From Eubacteriales bacterium (GTDB lineage: Bacteria > Bacillota > Clostridia > Oscillospirales > JAAYXM01), in contig JAZQFJ010000045.1 of assembly GCA_045539475.1 (NCBI GenBank), positions 2,024-66,023 of the forward strand: DNA of 64,000 bases. Direction: 5' to 3'. Of this stretch, positions 1-10,452 are shown one piece after another; within the stretch, counting starts at the first letter, position 1, and every line of letters begins with the position of its first letter. The notes beneath the pieces are model-generated. The model had not been told where the DNA came from, ran no database searches, and was given only the letters and a program-made list of their open reading frames with translations. The translations under genes and the position numbers were made by a program.

Positions 1-3000
1 TGGACATTTCTTATTTCTGTTCCTTCGCTGCTTGTGTTGTAACGTCCGGTGTCATAACCGAAGCCGTCATCAACGCCCCAGAAATATCCCTCATTCGGAA
101 CGCCGCTGTCTCCTCCGGTTTCGTAATTTTCAAGCCAACCCTGAGTTATCTTATCGCCGTAAAACGGATCCACCGCATCTGCGGCATAAAGTTCGCTGTA
201 TGTTTCGTTATAAAGATTGCCCTTCGGGTCGCCGTAGCCGTACGGGTTGTCCTTCGCCCATTCAAACACCACATACTCGCCTTTTTCATTTCTCTCGCCG
301 CGTCCGCAGAGAATACCGTTTTCTTCTCTTGCAAGCGTGTAGTCAAACTCGCCATGTTCATCCAATCCAAGCTCATAGTATGCACCAAAGTCGTTTGACG
401 GGAACAGGCGCTTACAATCCGGGCACTGAATCTTCCACGGGCGGTTTATCGCATCTATCTTCCATGCGTATTTGCCGTACTTGTAGTTAAGGTCAACTCC
501 GCAGTAGAAGCAGCGCCAGACAAGCGGGTCTTTCGTTTCTACAAGATCGAATGCACGCGGCAGCGTATGCGCGGTTATCATATTATATATGTAATCATAA
601 TGCGGCAGATACTTATCCGCTTCTTCAACTGCCGCTTCTGCAGTATCCTTTGCCCAATCGTAAAGCTCAATGTTCTCACGTGCGGCTTTGATTTTCTTCT
701 CCGTATAATACGTCCGGTCAGTCTTTCCGTCACGCACGGAAATTATTATACTTTCGCTTCGTGAAACCCCATCAATTGTTACCGTTGCCTCGATTTCTGC
801 AACGCCGGTATCAACCGGAGTTACGAAGCCTTTTTCATCAACGGTAACTACGCTTTCATCCGACGATACATAGCTTAAGGCACCGTCCGGAACGGTAAGC
901 GCCGCTCCGTTGTTGTCGTATGCACAGACAGAAAGCTTTATTCCTTCACTGCTCTTCTTCAGAACCTGCGTTGCAGAGGTAAGCTCAAGGCTTGCAAAGC
1001 CTTCGCTGAGAACATTGAGCGGGATATAGTCTGAATAATAAGTGGCTCCTCCAAAGGTTACCTTTGCCCTTACCGTTGTAGAGGCAGCCTTCACGCCTGT
1101 TATCTTTTCTTCTGAACTTACCGCAATTTCCGTATCAGCAACCTCAAACTCAACAGAAATATCCTCTGCCTTGATTTCGCTTCCGTTTGTAAGATATGCT
1201 TTTACGACAGGAGAAACAGATCCTGAAACAAAGATGTCATACTGTGGTTCTGTAAATTCTATTCTGTCAAGCGTTTGCTCATTTACGGTAATCTCAATGC
1301 TTTTGCTTACCGCCTCGGCACCTTTTACATATGCCGTTGCCGTTATTGTTGCCGTTCCCGGTGCCACGGCAACAAGCTTTTCACCGGATATTTTTACGAT
1401 GCTGTCATCCGAGCTTTCAAGAGCAAGGTTATTTTCCGCATCCTTCACGGTTTCCTTATCTCCGTGCTTTGCGCCGAAGACATAGCTTCGTCCGCCTGCC
1501 ATAACCACACCCGGGGTAAGAGAGGTGCTTTCACCTGCCGCAATAGAAGCCTTTTCGGCGAAAAGCTCTATAGACTCTATTCCGCCAAGCCCCTCAACAT
1601 ATGAAAGCGAGAGGTATGCAGGAATCATATAAGCATAGCTTCCCTCAGGGCTTAAGCTCATTGCTCGCATCGTGAAGGTATGCACACCTTCTGTAAGATA
1701 CACGGTGTTAAGTGATTTGAGCGTATTGTAGTTTCTGTTTGTGGACATATCCGTCCAGAAGCAGAAATCACCCATAAACGCACCGTCCATATAGAGGTTT
1801 GCGTTGTTTGCACCTCGGTAGTACTGAGTTCCGAGGAAATCGAGCTCATACCATCCGTCATAATCTACCTGAATATCTATCGCAAGGTCTGCATTTTGCG
1901 TCTGTCCGACTTTCGTAATCTGAGCCTGCGTTCCCTGCGTGAAGCAGCGAAGCTTTGAATTTGCCGGTCCGGAGAGGATGTTTGCGCTCTCATCAAAGTT
2001 TACTTTCCAGCCGTATTGCTCTATCGTTACATTCGATGCAAAGCCGGTTCCGGGCTTTCTGAAATCAACAAGCTTGCTCTTCGGGGATTTCGGCTCTACC
2101 TTTACCGAAAACGGCTCGCTATTTATTGAGCTTCCGCCGCAAGTCACCGTTGCGATAACGTTTACCTTATCCTTTGCTGCAACACCGGTGATAACTCCGG
2201 TCTCAGCATTGATTGCGAGATACTGCTCATCCTCAGGATTTGCAAGTGCATAGGTCACCGTATATCTGTCGGCATTTGCAAGATCCGCCTCATTTCCGCT
2301 TTCATGCCATGCACGGACGGTAAGTGCCGTTGAGAAATCAACCTCAACGTTGTCTGCACCGATAATCGCTGCATATTCAAACGGAGTATCATCCGCAACG
2401 GCAATATGCAGCGTTCCCTTTATCTGCACACCGTCTGCCTCAACCCACACAGCAATATCTGCATTTCCCGGCCCACGGGCGGTAATGATACCGTCCTGCG
2501 AAACTGTTGCAACAGCGGTGTCGGAGCTTTCATACCAGTAAACAGAGCTTTCGCCGGTATACTCCTCTCCGTCATTGTAGAAAAGCTTATATTCCGATGT
2601 TGCGGTTTCCCCGCGGATAAACGCCGTCTTGTCAGCTGTTACCTCTGCACGGGAAAGAACCTTCTCAACTCCGCTGAATGTAACCAAAGCCGATGCCTCG
2701 CGCGTTACTCCGTTTATCGTAACCGTTGCGGTTATCTCTGCTTCTCCGTTTGATACAACGGATATAACGCCGGTTGTTTCGTCAACTGTCGCAACATTCT
2801 CATTCGATGAAGTATATTTAACCTCTTCACTGTCAAGCGCCGCGCCTATGGTTATGGGCGTTCCGGTATTTGAATAAAGAGTAAGCTTTGTTGAAAGTGT
2901 GTCGCCGTATTTCGGAGCATCAAGCTCACTTGTAAGTGAAAGCTCTGCACAGTCAAGCGCAACCTCGTGAACGGAAATATGGGACACAAATATATCCGCA

Positions 3001-4580
3001 CCCTTGCACTCTGCCGCGTTGAAGTCCATACGTGTTTCCAGACCGTAAACATCTGCATAGCCATAGTTTAAGTAAAGAGCTCCAACGTTAAATTTTGTCC
3101 AATCCTGATCGCCGGTCTTTCCTGCCCACTGGGAATCGGCGATGCTCTTTACCGTCACGCCACTTGAGGTAAGGTCATTGTAATAATAAGCTCTCATAAT
3201 TGCCGACGGCAGTGTGTTTGTGTTCTCGCTCTTTATGTAACCGCTGTATTCATAAAGCTTTCCCGCCTCTGCCTGCACAATGTTTCGCTGGTCGCTCGAG
3301 CTGTTTGCTTTGCGCTGATAGCTCTGAATTCTTATGTTGTTTGAGTTTCCCGTCGGAGCAAGCGAGAATTTCGCAATATTGGTTGTCTTGCCCGTTATCT
3401 CGGAAACAACGTCGCGCAGAAGCGTATATTCATAATTATACGTTGTAGCGTTCTTCGTTGCTTTCCAATACGAAAGCTTAGGATCAGTTATACCCGACCT
3501 ATCTGTAAGGTAAATGTCCCGTTCAAACTCACCGTGGAGTACATTCACCCATTTGTTACTTCCTTCCGGCTTTACTTGGCGTGAATTTAAGATATTTGCA
3601 CCGATTACGTTTACCTCGCACTCCGTCGATATTTCATTCTCGCCAAGGCTTGCTGTGACGGTGATTTTTGTTCTACCCGGTGCAAGCGGCTTGAGTATTC
3701 CGTTTTTATCTACCGTTGCGATATCTTCATCATCTGATTTATAAGAAAGCTCGATATCTTCCCCAAGCGTTTTTCCGTTATCATCAGTCACGGAAATCGG
3801 ATACGTGTTGCCTACACTGAGAATTTCCGCGCCGATATCAGCTATCATGCCGGCGGGAAGGCGCACAATCTCGTCCTCAGAAACCTGCTGTCCCTCCGGA
3901 ACGATTCTCATTCCGGAAAGATACATTTCCTGACGGTACGCGGCATTCAGAGAGTCATTTACTCCGGTCGCATCAGTGGCTACTGAACCATCCACCACAT
4001 TTATTACTTTAGAATTAAGTGTAACAGAATTTAATGTTGCTGCAAAAAGAATGCAGTAATCCCCCGTTTCAAGCTCTACTGCGATTTTTTCCCCATCGGC
4101 ACTTCCATCCACCGTAACCGGCGTGTATTCCCCTGCAGTTGCCGCAGAAAAGTTGAAATAGCCGAGAAGATTGTTGTCCGTTCCGATAATCGCATTGGTG
4201 TTTGTTGCACTGTCCATTGCTGAATTATATTTTGCAATCGCAATTGCGGGTGCAATTGATGTTTCTGTTGGATTGTCCGTTTTGAAGTAGACATTATATT
4301 TGCCCGGTGTTGCCACGCTTACCTTCAGCGCAACGAACTGGCGATGCCCTGTGTTTCCGCCGGCACTATACCTCCGCACCTGTATTCCTGTCCATGAGAG
4401 AGCGAACTTGGTAGCCTCAACAGATTCCGAAGCACTGCTGCCTGTGGTTTTTGCTATAATTTGGGATATTTCAAACTTCTGCTCAACTCCCTCTGCAAAT
4501 ACAGACATTGCAGGCATGAGCGACAGCATAATCGCAAAGCTGAGCAGTAATGATAACATTCTGTTCATTTTAGTTCTCAT
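1..4580 (-). CDS. Giant secreted multidomain protein, N-terminal ~1526 codons only (3' end lies beyond window start). Contains a signal peptide, an N-terminal module shared with the 542-aa neighbour, Ig-like repeats and the start of a heparinase II/III-like lyase region. Paralog of 47945..56395.
   Basis: Absent from the ORF track because it runs off the window. My minus-strand translation from ATG 4580 (RBS GGAAGGAG) begins MRTKMNRMLSLLLSFAIMLSLMPAMSVFAEG. The frame was stop-free where I spot-checked it (about 3000-3120, 1740-1800, 600-660, 1-20). Near 380-480 it encodes RPWKIQCPDCKRLFPSNDFGAYYELG, matching RPWKVQCPDCKRLFPSNDFGSFYKLG in the 2827-aa ORF. All track ORFs inside 1..4580 are short shadow frames. 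Confidence 0.8.
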   Translation of the reverse strand, partial: MRTKMNRMLSLLLSFAIMLSLMPAMSVFAEGVEQKFEISQIIAKTTGSSASESVEATKFALSWTGIQVRRYSAGGNTGHRQFVALKVSVATPGKYNVYFKTDNPTETSIAPAIAIAKYNSAMDSATNTNAIIGTDNNLLGYFNFSAATAGEYTPVTVDGSADGEKIAVELETGDYCILFAATLNSVTLNSKVINVVDGSVATDATGVNDSLNAAYRQEMYLSGMRIVPEGQQVSEDEIVRLPAGMIADIGAEILSVGNTYPISVTDDNGKTLGEDIELSYKSDDEDIATVDKNGILKPLAPGRTKITVTASLGENEISTECEVNVIGANILNSRQVKPEGSNKWVNVLHGEFERDIYLTDRSGITDPKLSYWKATKNATTYNYEYTLLRDVVSEITGKTTNIAKFSLAPTGNSNNIRIQSYQRKANSSSDQRNIVQAEAGKLYEYSGYIKSENTNTLPSAIMRAYYYNDLTSSGVTVKSIADSQWAGKTGDQDWTKFNVGALYLNYGYADVYGLETRMDFNAAECKGADIFVSHISVHEVALDCAELSLTSELDAPKYGDTLSTKLTLYSNTGTPITIGAALDSEEVKYTSSNENVATVDETTGVISVVSNGEAEITATVTINGVTREASALVTFSGVEKVLSRAEVTADKTAFIRGETATSEYKLFYNDGEEYTGESSVYWYESSDTAVATVSQDGIITARGPGNADIAVWVEADGVQIKGTLHIAVADDTPFEYAAIIGADNVEVDFSTALTVRAWHESGNEADLANADRYTVTYALANPEDEQYLAINAETGVITGVAAKDKVNVIATVTCGGSSINSEPFSVKVEPKSPKSKLVDFRKPGTGFASNVTIEQYGWKVNFDESANILSGPANSKLRCFTQGTQAQITKVGQTQNADLAIDIQVDYDGWYELDFLGTQYYRGANNANLYMDGAFMGDFCFWTDMSTNRNYNTLKSLNTVYLTEGVHTFTMRAMSLSPEGSYAYMIPAYLSLSYVEGLGGIESIELFAEKASIAAGESTSLTPGVVMAGGRSYVFGAKHGDKETVKDAENNLALESSDDSIVKISGEKLVAVAPGTATITATAYVKGAEAVSKSIEITVNEQTLDRIEFTEPQYDIFVSGSVSPVVKAYLTNGSEIKAEDISVEFEVADTEIAVSSEEKITGVKAASTTVRAKVTFGGATYYSDYIPLNVLSEGFASLELTSATQVLKKSSEGIKLSVCAYDNNGAALTVPDGALSYVSSDESVVTVDEKGFVTPVDTGVAEIEATVTIDGVSRSESIIISVRDGKTDRTYYTEKKIKAARENIELYDWAKDTAEAAVEEADKYLPHYDYIYNMITAHTLPRAFDLVETKDPLVWRCFYCGVDLNYKYGKYAWKIDAINRPWKIQCPDCKRLFPSNDFGAYYELGLDEHGEFDYTLAREENGILCGRGERNEKGEYVVFEWAKDNPYGYGDPKGNLYNETYSELYAADAVDPFYGDKITQGWLENYETGGDSGVPNEGYFWGVDDGFGYDTGRYNTSSEGTEIRNV
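3910..4500 (-). repeat. Copy 1 of a ~600-nt direct repeat (approximate ends) encoding the shared N-terminal module of the two tandem paralogs
   Basis: Long near-identical runs are visible by eye against 5617-6205, for example ggaaagatacatttcctg...cattcagagagtcatttactccggtcgcatcagtggctactgaaccatccaccacatttattactttagaattaagtgtaacagaatttaatgttgctgcaaaaagaatgcagta. Confidence 0.85.
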
Positions 4581-4645
4581 ACGCAATTCTCCTTCCTGGA
4601 TTATAAAAGGGAGGGTGAACACCGTCCATCCTCCCCTGGTGTGTG

Positions 4646-6274
4646 TTAGTTATTCTTTTCGTATTCGCCGTCGGTGATTAGGGTATACGCACTTTCGTTT
4701 CTCAAAATTGCATAACCGACATATGTTCCTTTTTCATCCGCAATAACGCTGAACTGTGTGCCCGGCTTTGTCATAGCAATTCTCGTTGTGTTACTTTCAC
4801 TGTCTGTAAACATAATGCCCTTTTCAACTGCATCTTCAAGACCGATAAACTCTGCCATAACACCGGTTACGCCTGCAGCTACATCAAATGCGTCGATGAT
4901 TATCTTCATCTTGCTGCCGGTGTAATAGTGGTCTTCGTATTCTGCAGTTACTGTGCACTCTTCCCACGCCTTGAAGCTGTATGTTGAATCACAGCTTACA
5001 ATTTCTGTCTCACCGTTTATACCGGTCTTTGTCCAGCACTTGAATACACCTGTGGCGTTTGCTGTGCAGATAACTGTGTCACCGTAAGCATACAAACCTG
5101 TGCCGGTACCACCGGTTACGGTTATACCGATATTCTTTTCCGGTTCATCAAGGTCATAATGTGCAACATAGATGTTTGTTTCGCCGTAGCGGTCCCAGCC
5201 AGTTGATGTGCCGTAGCCTGCCATCGAAACTCTTGTTTCCTGATTTGCCCCGGGAATAAGCTGACCGTTTGCATTGTAGTATTCCGTTCCGGAAACTTCA
5301 TCAGCATATACCGGGATAAGATAATTTGCATACTTTGAATCCGGAGCATAGTTTTTAAGCTCGTTGGTCTCGCCGATAAGAATTCTCTTCTGTGTGGTAA
5401 GCCCCTTTGCCCAATAGAGGAATTTTGCACCGTTTTTATTTATTTCCGGAGCTGTGATGTTATGCGTTCCGTCAGCGTTCTTAACTGATTTAATCTCGCT
5501 GCCGTCTTTTGAAATAGTTATTACGGCCGGTTCGTTGTAGTTTTCCTCCGGAACACTGCCGTCAAGCTCAAATGCCGCGACGAGCTCTTCATCTTCCTCT
5601 ACCGGAACAAGCTTTATTCCGGAAAGATACATTTCCTGCTGATACGCGGCATTCAGAGAGTCATTTACTCCGGTCGCATCAGTGGCTACTGAACCATCCA
5701 CCACATTTATTACTTTAGAATTAAGTGTAACAGAATTTAATGTTGCTGCAAAAAGAATGCAGTATTCTCCCACTTCAAGGTCTGCTACGATTTTTTCTCC
5801 ATCAGCACTTCCATTCTTCGTGACCGGAGCATATTCCCCTGCAGGTGCCGCAGAAAAGTTGAAGTAACCGAGAAGCTTGTCGTCCGTTCCGATAATCGCA
5901 TTGGTGTTTGTTGCACTGTCCATTGCTGAATTATATTTTGCAATCGCAATTGCGGGTGCAATTGATGTTGCCTCAGGATTGTCGGTCTTAAAGTAGACAT
6001 TATATATGCCCGGTGTTGCCACGCTTGCCTTCAGCGCAACGAACTGGCGATGTGATGAGTTTCCGCCGGCACTATATCTCCGCACCTGTATGCCTGTCCA
6101 TGAGAGAACGGAATCGGTAATCTCAACAGATTCCGAAGCACTGCTGCCTGTGGTTTTTGCTATAATTTGGGATATCACAAGCTCCTGCTCGGTTGCCTCT
6201 CCCGTTGCGAAGACTGACGGGATGAGAGAGAGCATAATCGCCGCCGCAAGGATAATTGATAATATTTTTTTCAT
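4646..6274 (-). CDS. Secreted 542-aa protein. Its N-terminal module is shared with the 1..4580 product, and its C-terminal repeats are of the Listeria/Bacteroides (YxFxGW-like) kind.
   Basis: ORF track, with an AGGAGG RBS and signal peptide MKKILSIILAAAIMLSLIPSVFA. Nucleotide repeat 5617-6205 matches 3910-4500. C-terminal motifs are AKFLYWAKG and GVFKCWTKTG. Confidence 0.8.
   Translation of the reverse strand: MKKILSIILAAAIMLSLIPSVFATGEATEQELVISQIIAKTTGSSASESVEITDSVLSWTGIQVRRYSAGGNSSHRQFVALKASVATPGIYNVYFKTDNPEATSIAPAIAIAKYNSAMDSATNTNAIIGTDDKLLGYFNFSAAPAGEYAPVTKNGSADGEKIVADLEVGEYCILFAATLNSVTLNSKVINVVDGSVATDATGVNDSLNAAYQQEMYLSGIKLVPVEEDEELVAAFELDGSVPEENYNEPAVITISKDGSEIKSVKNADGTHNITAPEINKNGAKFLYWAKGLTTQKRILIGETNELKNYAPDSKYANYLIPVYADEVSGTEYYNANGQLIPGANQETRVSMAGYGTSTGWDRYGETNIYVAHYDLDEPEKNIGITVTGGTGTGLYAYGDTVICTANATGVFKCWTKTGINGETEIVSCDSTYSFKAWEECTVTAEYEDHYYTGSKMKIIIDAFDVAAGVTGVMAEFIGLEDAVEKGIMFTDSESNTTRIAMTKPGTQFSVIADEKGTYVGYAILRNESAYTLITDGEYEKNN
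5617..6205 (-). repeat. Copy 2 of the ~600-nt direct repeat (approximate ends)
   Basis: See 3910-4500. The antisense shadow ORFs 4300..4677 and 6006..6302 also have near-identical translations (MPGVATL.FSATNWRC...). Confidence 0.85.
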
Positions 6275-6503
6275 TCTGTTTTTCCTCCTAAAAATACATT
6301 AAAAATTTTATCTATATAAAACAACCCGAGGGTTGCACAATACAATCATAACATTGCGGATAAAATATCACCCGGAAAGTTTGATTTTACTGTAATTATA
6401 CACTTAACTGAAAGCAAAATAAATACACAAATATGCGAGTTTTATACTTTTTGGTACTAAAACGCAAAATGCACACAATACACAAAGAAGTCCTGATAAA
6501 GCA

Positions 6504-6539
6504 AAAAGCAGTGAGTGGACCCGTTGTCTGCTCACTGCT
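6504..6539 (-). terminator. Hairpin plus T-run downstream of the AraC gene
   Basis: agcagtgag...ctcactgct stem, followed on the minus strand by TTTTTGC. Confidence 0.5.
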
Positions 6540-6563
6540 TTCCTATGATGAACCGTCTGTATT

Positions 6564-7367
6564 TTACTTTGAAGACTTATACCGTTGCATAAAGAGTGTC
6601 GGCGAAGTTCCAACATACTCCTTAAACTGACGACTGAAATAATATACGTTGTCGTATCCGCACATCTCAGCCACCTCGGATATTGAGTAGCGTTCGGAGC
6701 TGAGAAGATCGCAAGCGTAATTTATTTTCATCTGAATTACGTATTTTACCGGAGTTACCCCAAACTTTTTGACAAACAGCTTTTTGAGATATGACTCACT
6801 TATTCTGCACTTTTCAGCGAGCAATGGTACGGATATCTTTTTCTCCAGAAAGTTGTTCTCAATATAATTTATAGCCGGTTTTATTGCGTCATACTGGCTT
6901 TGCCTTATGTAGTTTGTTTTCTGCATTTCTGCGAAAATTTTGTAAAGCAAGGATATACACTCAAAATAGTAGCCGTCATTTTTGGAAACCCATACTGTAA
7001 AAAGCTTTTTAAATAAATTCCCAACTTTTTCCGAATTGTTGCACTTCATGACAAATGCTTCGTCGGTTACCGGAGAATCCGTATCAAAAAATATATCTAT
7101 GCACTCCGGACCGTGACCTATCTTTTGGTTTTTAACAATATACTCCCGATTTTCTCCTTTCGGCAAAAAACGAATCATATTTTCCTCAACATTCATGATT
7201 TTTCCGTTGAAACAAACCGTATTCTTTCCCGTAAAATTGTATATAAGTTCATTATGTGTGACCTGATTCTTAAAAACCACTCTTTCCTGAGGATATTCAT
7301 TTTTTCCTACAAAAACAGCTCTGGTAATTCCCGTTATAAGAAAATTATTTTTAAAATTATCACTCAT
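6564..7367 (-). CDS. AraC-family transcriptional regulator
   Basis: C-terminal double HTH: ISVPLLAEKCRISESYLKKLFVKKFGVTPVKYVIQMKINYACDLL...ISEVAEMCGYDNVYYFSRQFKEYVGTSP. I place the start at the internal ATG 7367 (MSDNFKNN) rather than the ORF-track start 7472. Divergent from the GRE gene. Confidence 0.85.
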   Translation of the reverse strand: MSDNFKNNFLITGITRAVFVGKNEYPQERVVFKNQVTHNELIYNFTGKNTVCFNGKIMNVEENMIRFLPKGENREYIVKNQKIGHGPECIDIFFDTDSPVTDEAFVMKCNNSEKVGNLFKKLFTVWVSKNDGYYFECISLLYKIFAEMQKTNYIRQSQYDAIKPAINYIENNFLEKKISVPLLAEKCRISESYLKKLFVKKFGVTPVKYVIQMKINYACDLLSSERYSISEVAEMCGYDNVYYFSRQFKEYVGTSPTLFMQRYKSSK

Positions 7368-7524
7368 AAATAACACCGCCTCAGCTATTATAATACATAA
7401 AAAGCGGCGCTGTGTCAACACACTAAAACTATTTTTTTGTACCAAAATATGCAAGTATTGTCTTTTGTGCATTTACTTCTTCTGCTATTTAAATGTATAA
7501 TCGCAACGAAAGGTGGAATACGCA

Positions 7525-9645
7525 ATGACAGAAAGAATAAAAGAGCTTACAAAATTAACGCTTGAGGGAAAAATGTATGCAAATCCCATCAAGACCGAAT
7601 TTAATAAGGAAGATATACTGTTGCCGAAGCAACAGAAAGAAGCAAAGCAGCTTTGTGAATATATTTTAAATCAGGAGCCAGTACTTACCCCATATTCAAT
7701 GATGACCGGATTCTTTAACTGCAGCAATTCCGTTGTCGGCGATGTTTTCCGCCGTATGGGACATAAAACATTCGCGGAGCTTTTCACCAGTCTTTACTTA
7801 AAGCCAATCGACAATCTCTCAACCTTTGAATGGCAGCATGCAACGGCTGATTATAAAAAAGTCCTCGAAAAAGGAATTTCTGGAATAATCGGTGAGATAG
7901 ATGATTCTCTTAAGGTACATACGGATCCGAATGAGACAGAATTCTTAAATGCACTGAAATCCGTCGCCCACGCGCTCATCAGCTGGGCACACAAATGTGC
8001 AGACCGCGCGCTCGCGCTTTCGAAAACGGTTGGTAATTGCGAATACAAAGAAAATCTTGAAAAGCTTTCAGAAACGTTATACAGAGTTCCCGAAAACGCA
8101 CCTTCTTCCTTTTACGAAGCCGTGCTTACAATATATCTCTGCTTTTCCGCAGATCCGGACAGCATTGGAACACCTGACCGTTATCTTACGCCATTTTATG
8201 AAAGCGACATAAAAAACGGAGTGATAACAAGAGACGGTGCTAAAGAAATACTTCAGGAGCTGTTTTTAATGCTTCAGGCAGCAACCCACGTGACATCAGC
8301 GTGGTTTACAAGAGGCGGCGAATCCCACTTCTGCATCGGCGGATACCTCCCGAATGGCGAGGATGGGTTCAATGACCTTTCACGCCTTATTCTCGAAGGC
8401 TTAATGGAGCTTCCCACATGGATACCACAGGTAACTCTTCGCTGGACAAAAAAGATGCCGAAGGAAGACTTCCGATTCGTACTTAACTGCGAACGGAATG
8501 ACCCCAACAAGAGAATTGCTTTCCAAAACGACGAAAAGCGCATAAAATGCTATACCGAAATATGCGGCTTCCCGTTTGAAAAAGCGGTAGGATATACTAC
8601 CGTAGGATGTAACGAACCGGCATTTCAGGGCGCAGTTACCGGCAGCACCTCAGCGGTAAATTTTGCCCGTTCAACAGAAACCGTTTTCTACAAAAAGAGC
8701 GATGAAATCCTGAATGCAAAAACGTTTGATGATTTCTATAATGTTTTTATTACTGAATTGCTTTCGGATATTGACGTTGCCTGCGACTATGATGATAAAT
8801 ACAACCTCAAGCGCGCGGAGGATATCAACTATTTATCCTCTCTTTTCTTTGACGGCTGTATCGAAAAGGCAAAAAGTGCAACGCAAGGCCCCGGCACTTT
8901 CGCTATCGCATCCATTTTTTATATCGGAATAACAAATGTAATAGATTCACTTATCATAACAAAGCAGTTCGTATTCGATGAAAAGCTTGTTACGATGCAA
9001 GAGCTTGTTTCCGCACTCCGCGCTGACTGGCAAGGATATGAAGAGCTTCACGCCACTATTCTGAAAAAGGGTGACTTTTTCGGCAATGACACCGAACGCT
9101 CAAATTATATTGCACAAAAGCTTTTCCAAAACCTTTACGAGCATCTGAAAGATAAAACAAATCTTTTCGGTTACCACTGGCTTATCGGCGATCTTACAGG
9201 ATATCGCGATCATCCGAAATTGTTCGGTAAAAAAACAAAAGCCACGCCGGACGGAAGATATTCAGGCGATTCTCTCAAATTCGGCTTCGGTCAGAGCGAG
9301 GGCAAAGATCGGAACGGGCTCTCCGCGCTTTTAAATTCAATTGCAAAAGCCGATCCCAATGCAATCGGCTGCGGTTCAACTGTCACCAACATAATGATAG
9401 ATGAGCAGTTGATAAAAAATGACGAGTATTTTGAGAAAACCGTTGATATGCTTGAAACGTACTTCAAAAACGGCGGTGTACATTTTCAGCTTACTTATGT
9501 ATCAAAAGAGGACCTTCTCAACGCAAAAGTTACACCGGATAATTACAAAAACCTGCGCGTTCGCGTTTCTGGCTTTGCCGATTACTTCGTAAAGCTGAGC
9601 GATACTCTGCAAGACGATATCATCGAAAGAACAATGCAAAAATGA
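7525..9645 (+). CDS. Glycyl radical enzyme (PFL2/dehydratase-like class), unusually short at about 706 aa
   Basis: C-terminal glycyl-radical fingerprint NLRVRVSGFADYFVKL. Cys-loop TTVGCNEPAFQG (GC-x-E-P as in GRE 1,2-eliminases). RBS AAAGGTGGA sits before ATG 7525; the ORF track starts at GTG 7513. Confidence 0.9.
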   Translation: MTERIKELTKLTLEGKMYANPIKTEFNKEDILLPKQQKEAKQLCEYILNQEPVLTPYSMMTGFFNCSNSVVGDVFRRMGHKTFAELFTSLYLKPIDNLSTFEWQHATADYKKVLEKGISGIIGEIDDSLKVHTDPNETEFLNALKSVAHALISWAHKCADRALALSKTVGNCEYKENLEKLSETLYRVPENAPSSFYEAVLTIYLCFSADPDSIGTPDRYLTPFYESDIKNGVITRDGAKEILQELFLMLQAATHVTSAWFTRGGESHFCIGGYLPNGEDGFNDLSRLILEGLMELPTWIPQVTLRWTKKMPKEDFRFVLNCERNDPNKRIAFQNDEKRIKCYTEICGFPFEKAVGYTTVGCNEPAFQGAVTGSTSAVNFARSTETVFYKKSDEILNAKTFDDFYNVFITELLSDIDVACDYDDKYNLKRAEDINYLSSLFFDGCIEKAKSATQGPGTFAIASIFYIGITNVIDSLIITKQFVFDEKLVTMQELVSALRADWQGYEELHATILKKGDFFGNDTERSNYIAQKLFQNLYEHLKDKTNLFGYHWLIGDLTGYRDHPKLFGKKTKATPDGRYSGDSLKFGFGQSEGKDRNGLSALLNSIAKADPNAIGCGSTVTNIMIDEQLIKNDEYFEKTVDMLETYFKNGGVHFQLTYVSKEDLLNAKVTPDNYKNLRVRVSGFADYFVKLSDTLQDDIIERTMQK

Positions 9646-10385
9646 AACTGAGAAATGATAAAATAATTGTTTTCGGTGGCGGAGGAGGCATTGGTTCTGC
9701 CATTGCAAAACGCTTTTGCGATGCCGGAGCAAAAGTTTTGATTGCAGGCAGAAGTGAAGCTTCGCTTAAAAAGGTTGCCGATGAAATCGACAGCAGGAAT
9801 TTGTTTTACAAGACATTCGACATCTCAAAGGTTGATGAACATATTTCTTTTTTCGACGAAGCTGAAGCTCTTCTTGGCGAGATTAGCGGATTTGTAAACT
9901 CTGCCGCTCTCGGAAGCAAGAGAGGATATGAACCGTGGGATATAACGAGCGCTGAATGGGATGCCATGTCAGACATAAACTTCAAAGCAGCATTCTTTTT
10001 AATGCGCAATGAGGTTGACTATATGCTTAAAAAAGGCATACGGGGAAATATCCTGAATCTTTCTTCCAATGCCGCATGTATGGATATCACAGGTAGCTAC
10101 GGTGCATCAAAGGAAGCAATCGTCAAATGGACAAGAGCGTTCGGGAAAAGATTCGGTCACAAAGGAATTATCATAAACGGAATTGCTCCGGGTGCGACGT
10201 TCACTCCCATGATTTTCGATTATGCACACGATATCAACCAAAAGTATGAACGCCACGCGATTGAGCGCTTTATCCGCCCCGACGAGATCGCAGAGCTTGC
10301 TTTTTATCTCATGAGCGACTATGGCGAAATAATCTGCGGTCATACGGTTGTTGCTGATGGCGGCGATAATGTGGCGACATTATAA
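9642..10385 (+). CDS. Short-chain dehydrogenase/reductase (SDR)
   Basis: Gly-rich NAD(P) motif VFGGGGGIGSAIA and catalytic S...YGASK (YxxxK). ATGA overlap with the GRE stop suggests translational coupling. Confidence 0.9.
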   Translation: MKLRNDKIIVFGGGGGIGSAIAKRFCDAGAKVLIAGRSEASLKKVADEIDSRNLFYKTFDISKVDEHISFFDEAEALLGEISGFVNSAALGSKRGYEPWDITSAEWDAMSDINFKAAFFLMRNEVDYMLKKGIRGNILNLSSNAACMDITGSYGASKEAIVKWTRAFGKRFGHKGIIINGIAPGATFTPMIFDYAHDINQKYERHAIERFIRPDEIAELAFYLMSDYGEIICGHTVVADGGDNVATL

Positions 10386-10452
10386 AAAACCTAATTTGTA
10401 TCTGTATAACTCACGAATTATAAAATAAATTTTCCTTTTAGGAGCTACATTT

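Noticed and set aside
1042-4677. Many 60-150-aa plus-strand ORFs with Ser/Thr/Ala/Val-rich translations
   Set aside because: They are shadow frames of the unlisted minus-strand ORF 1..4580. The same kind of antisense products appears opposite its paralogs.
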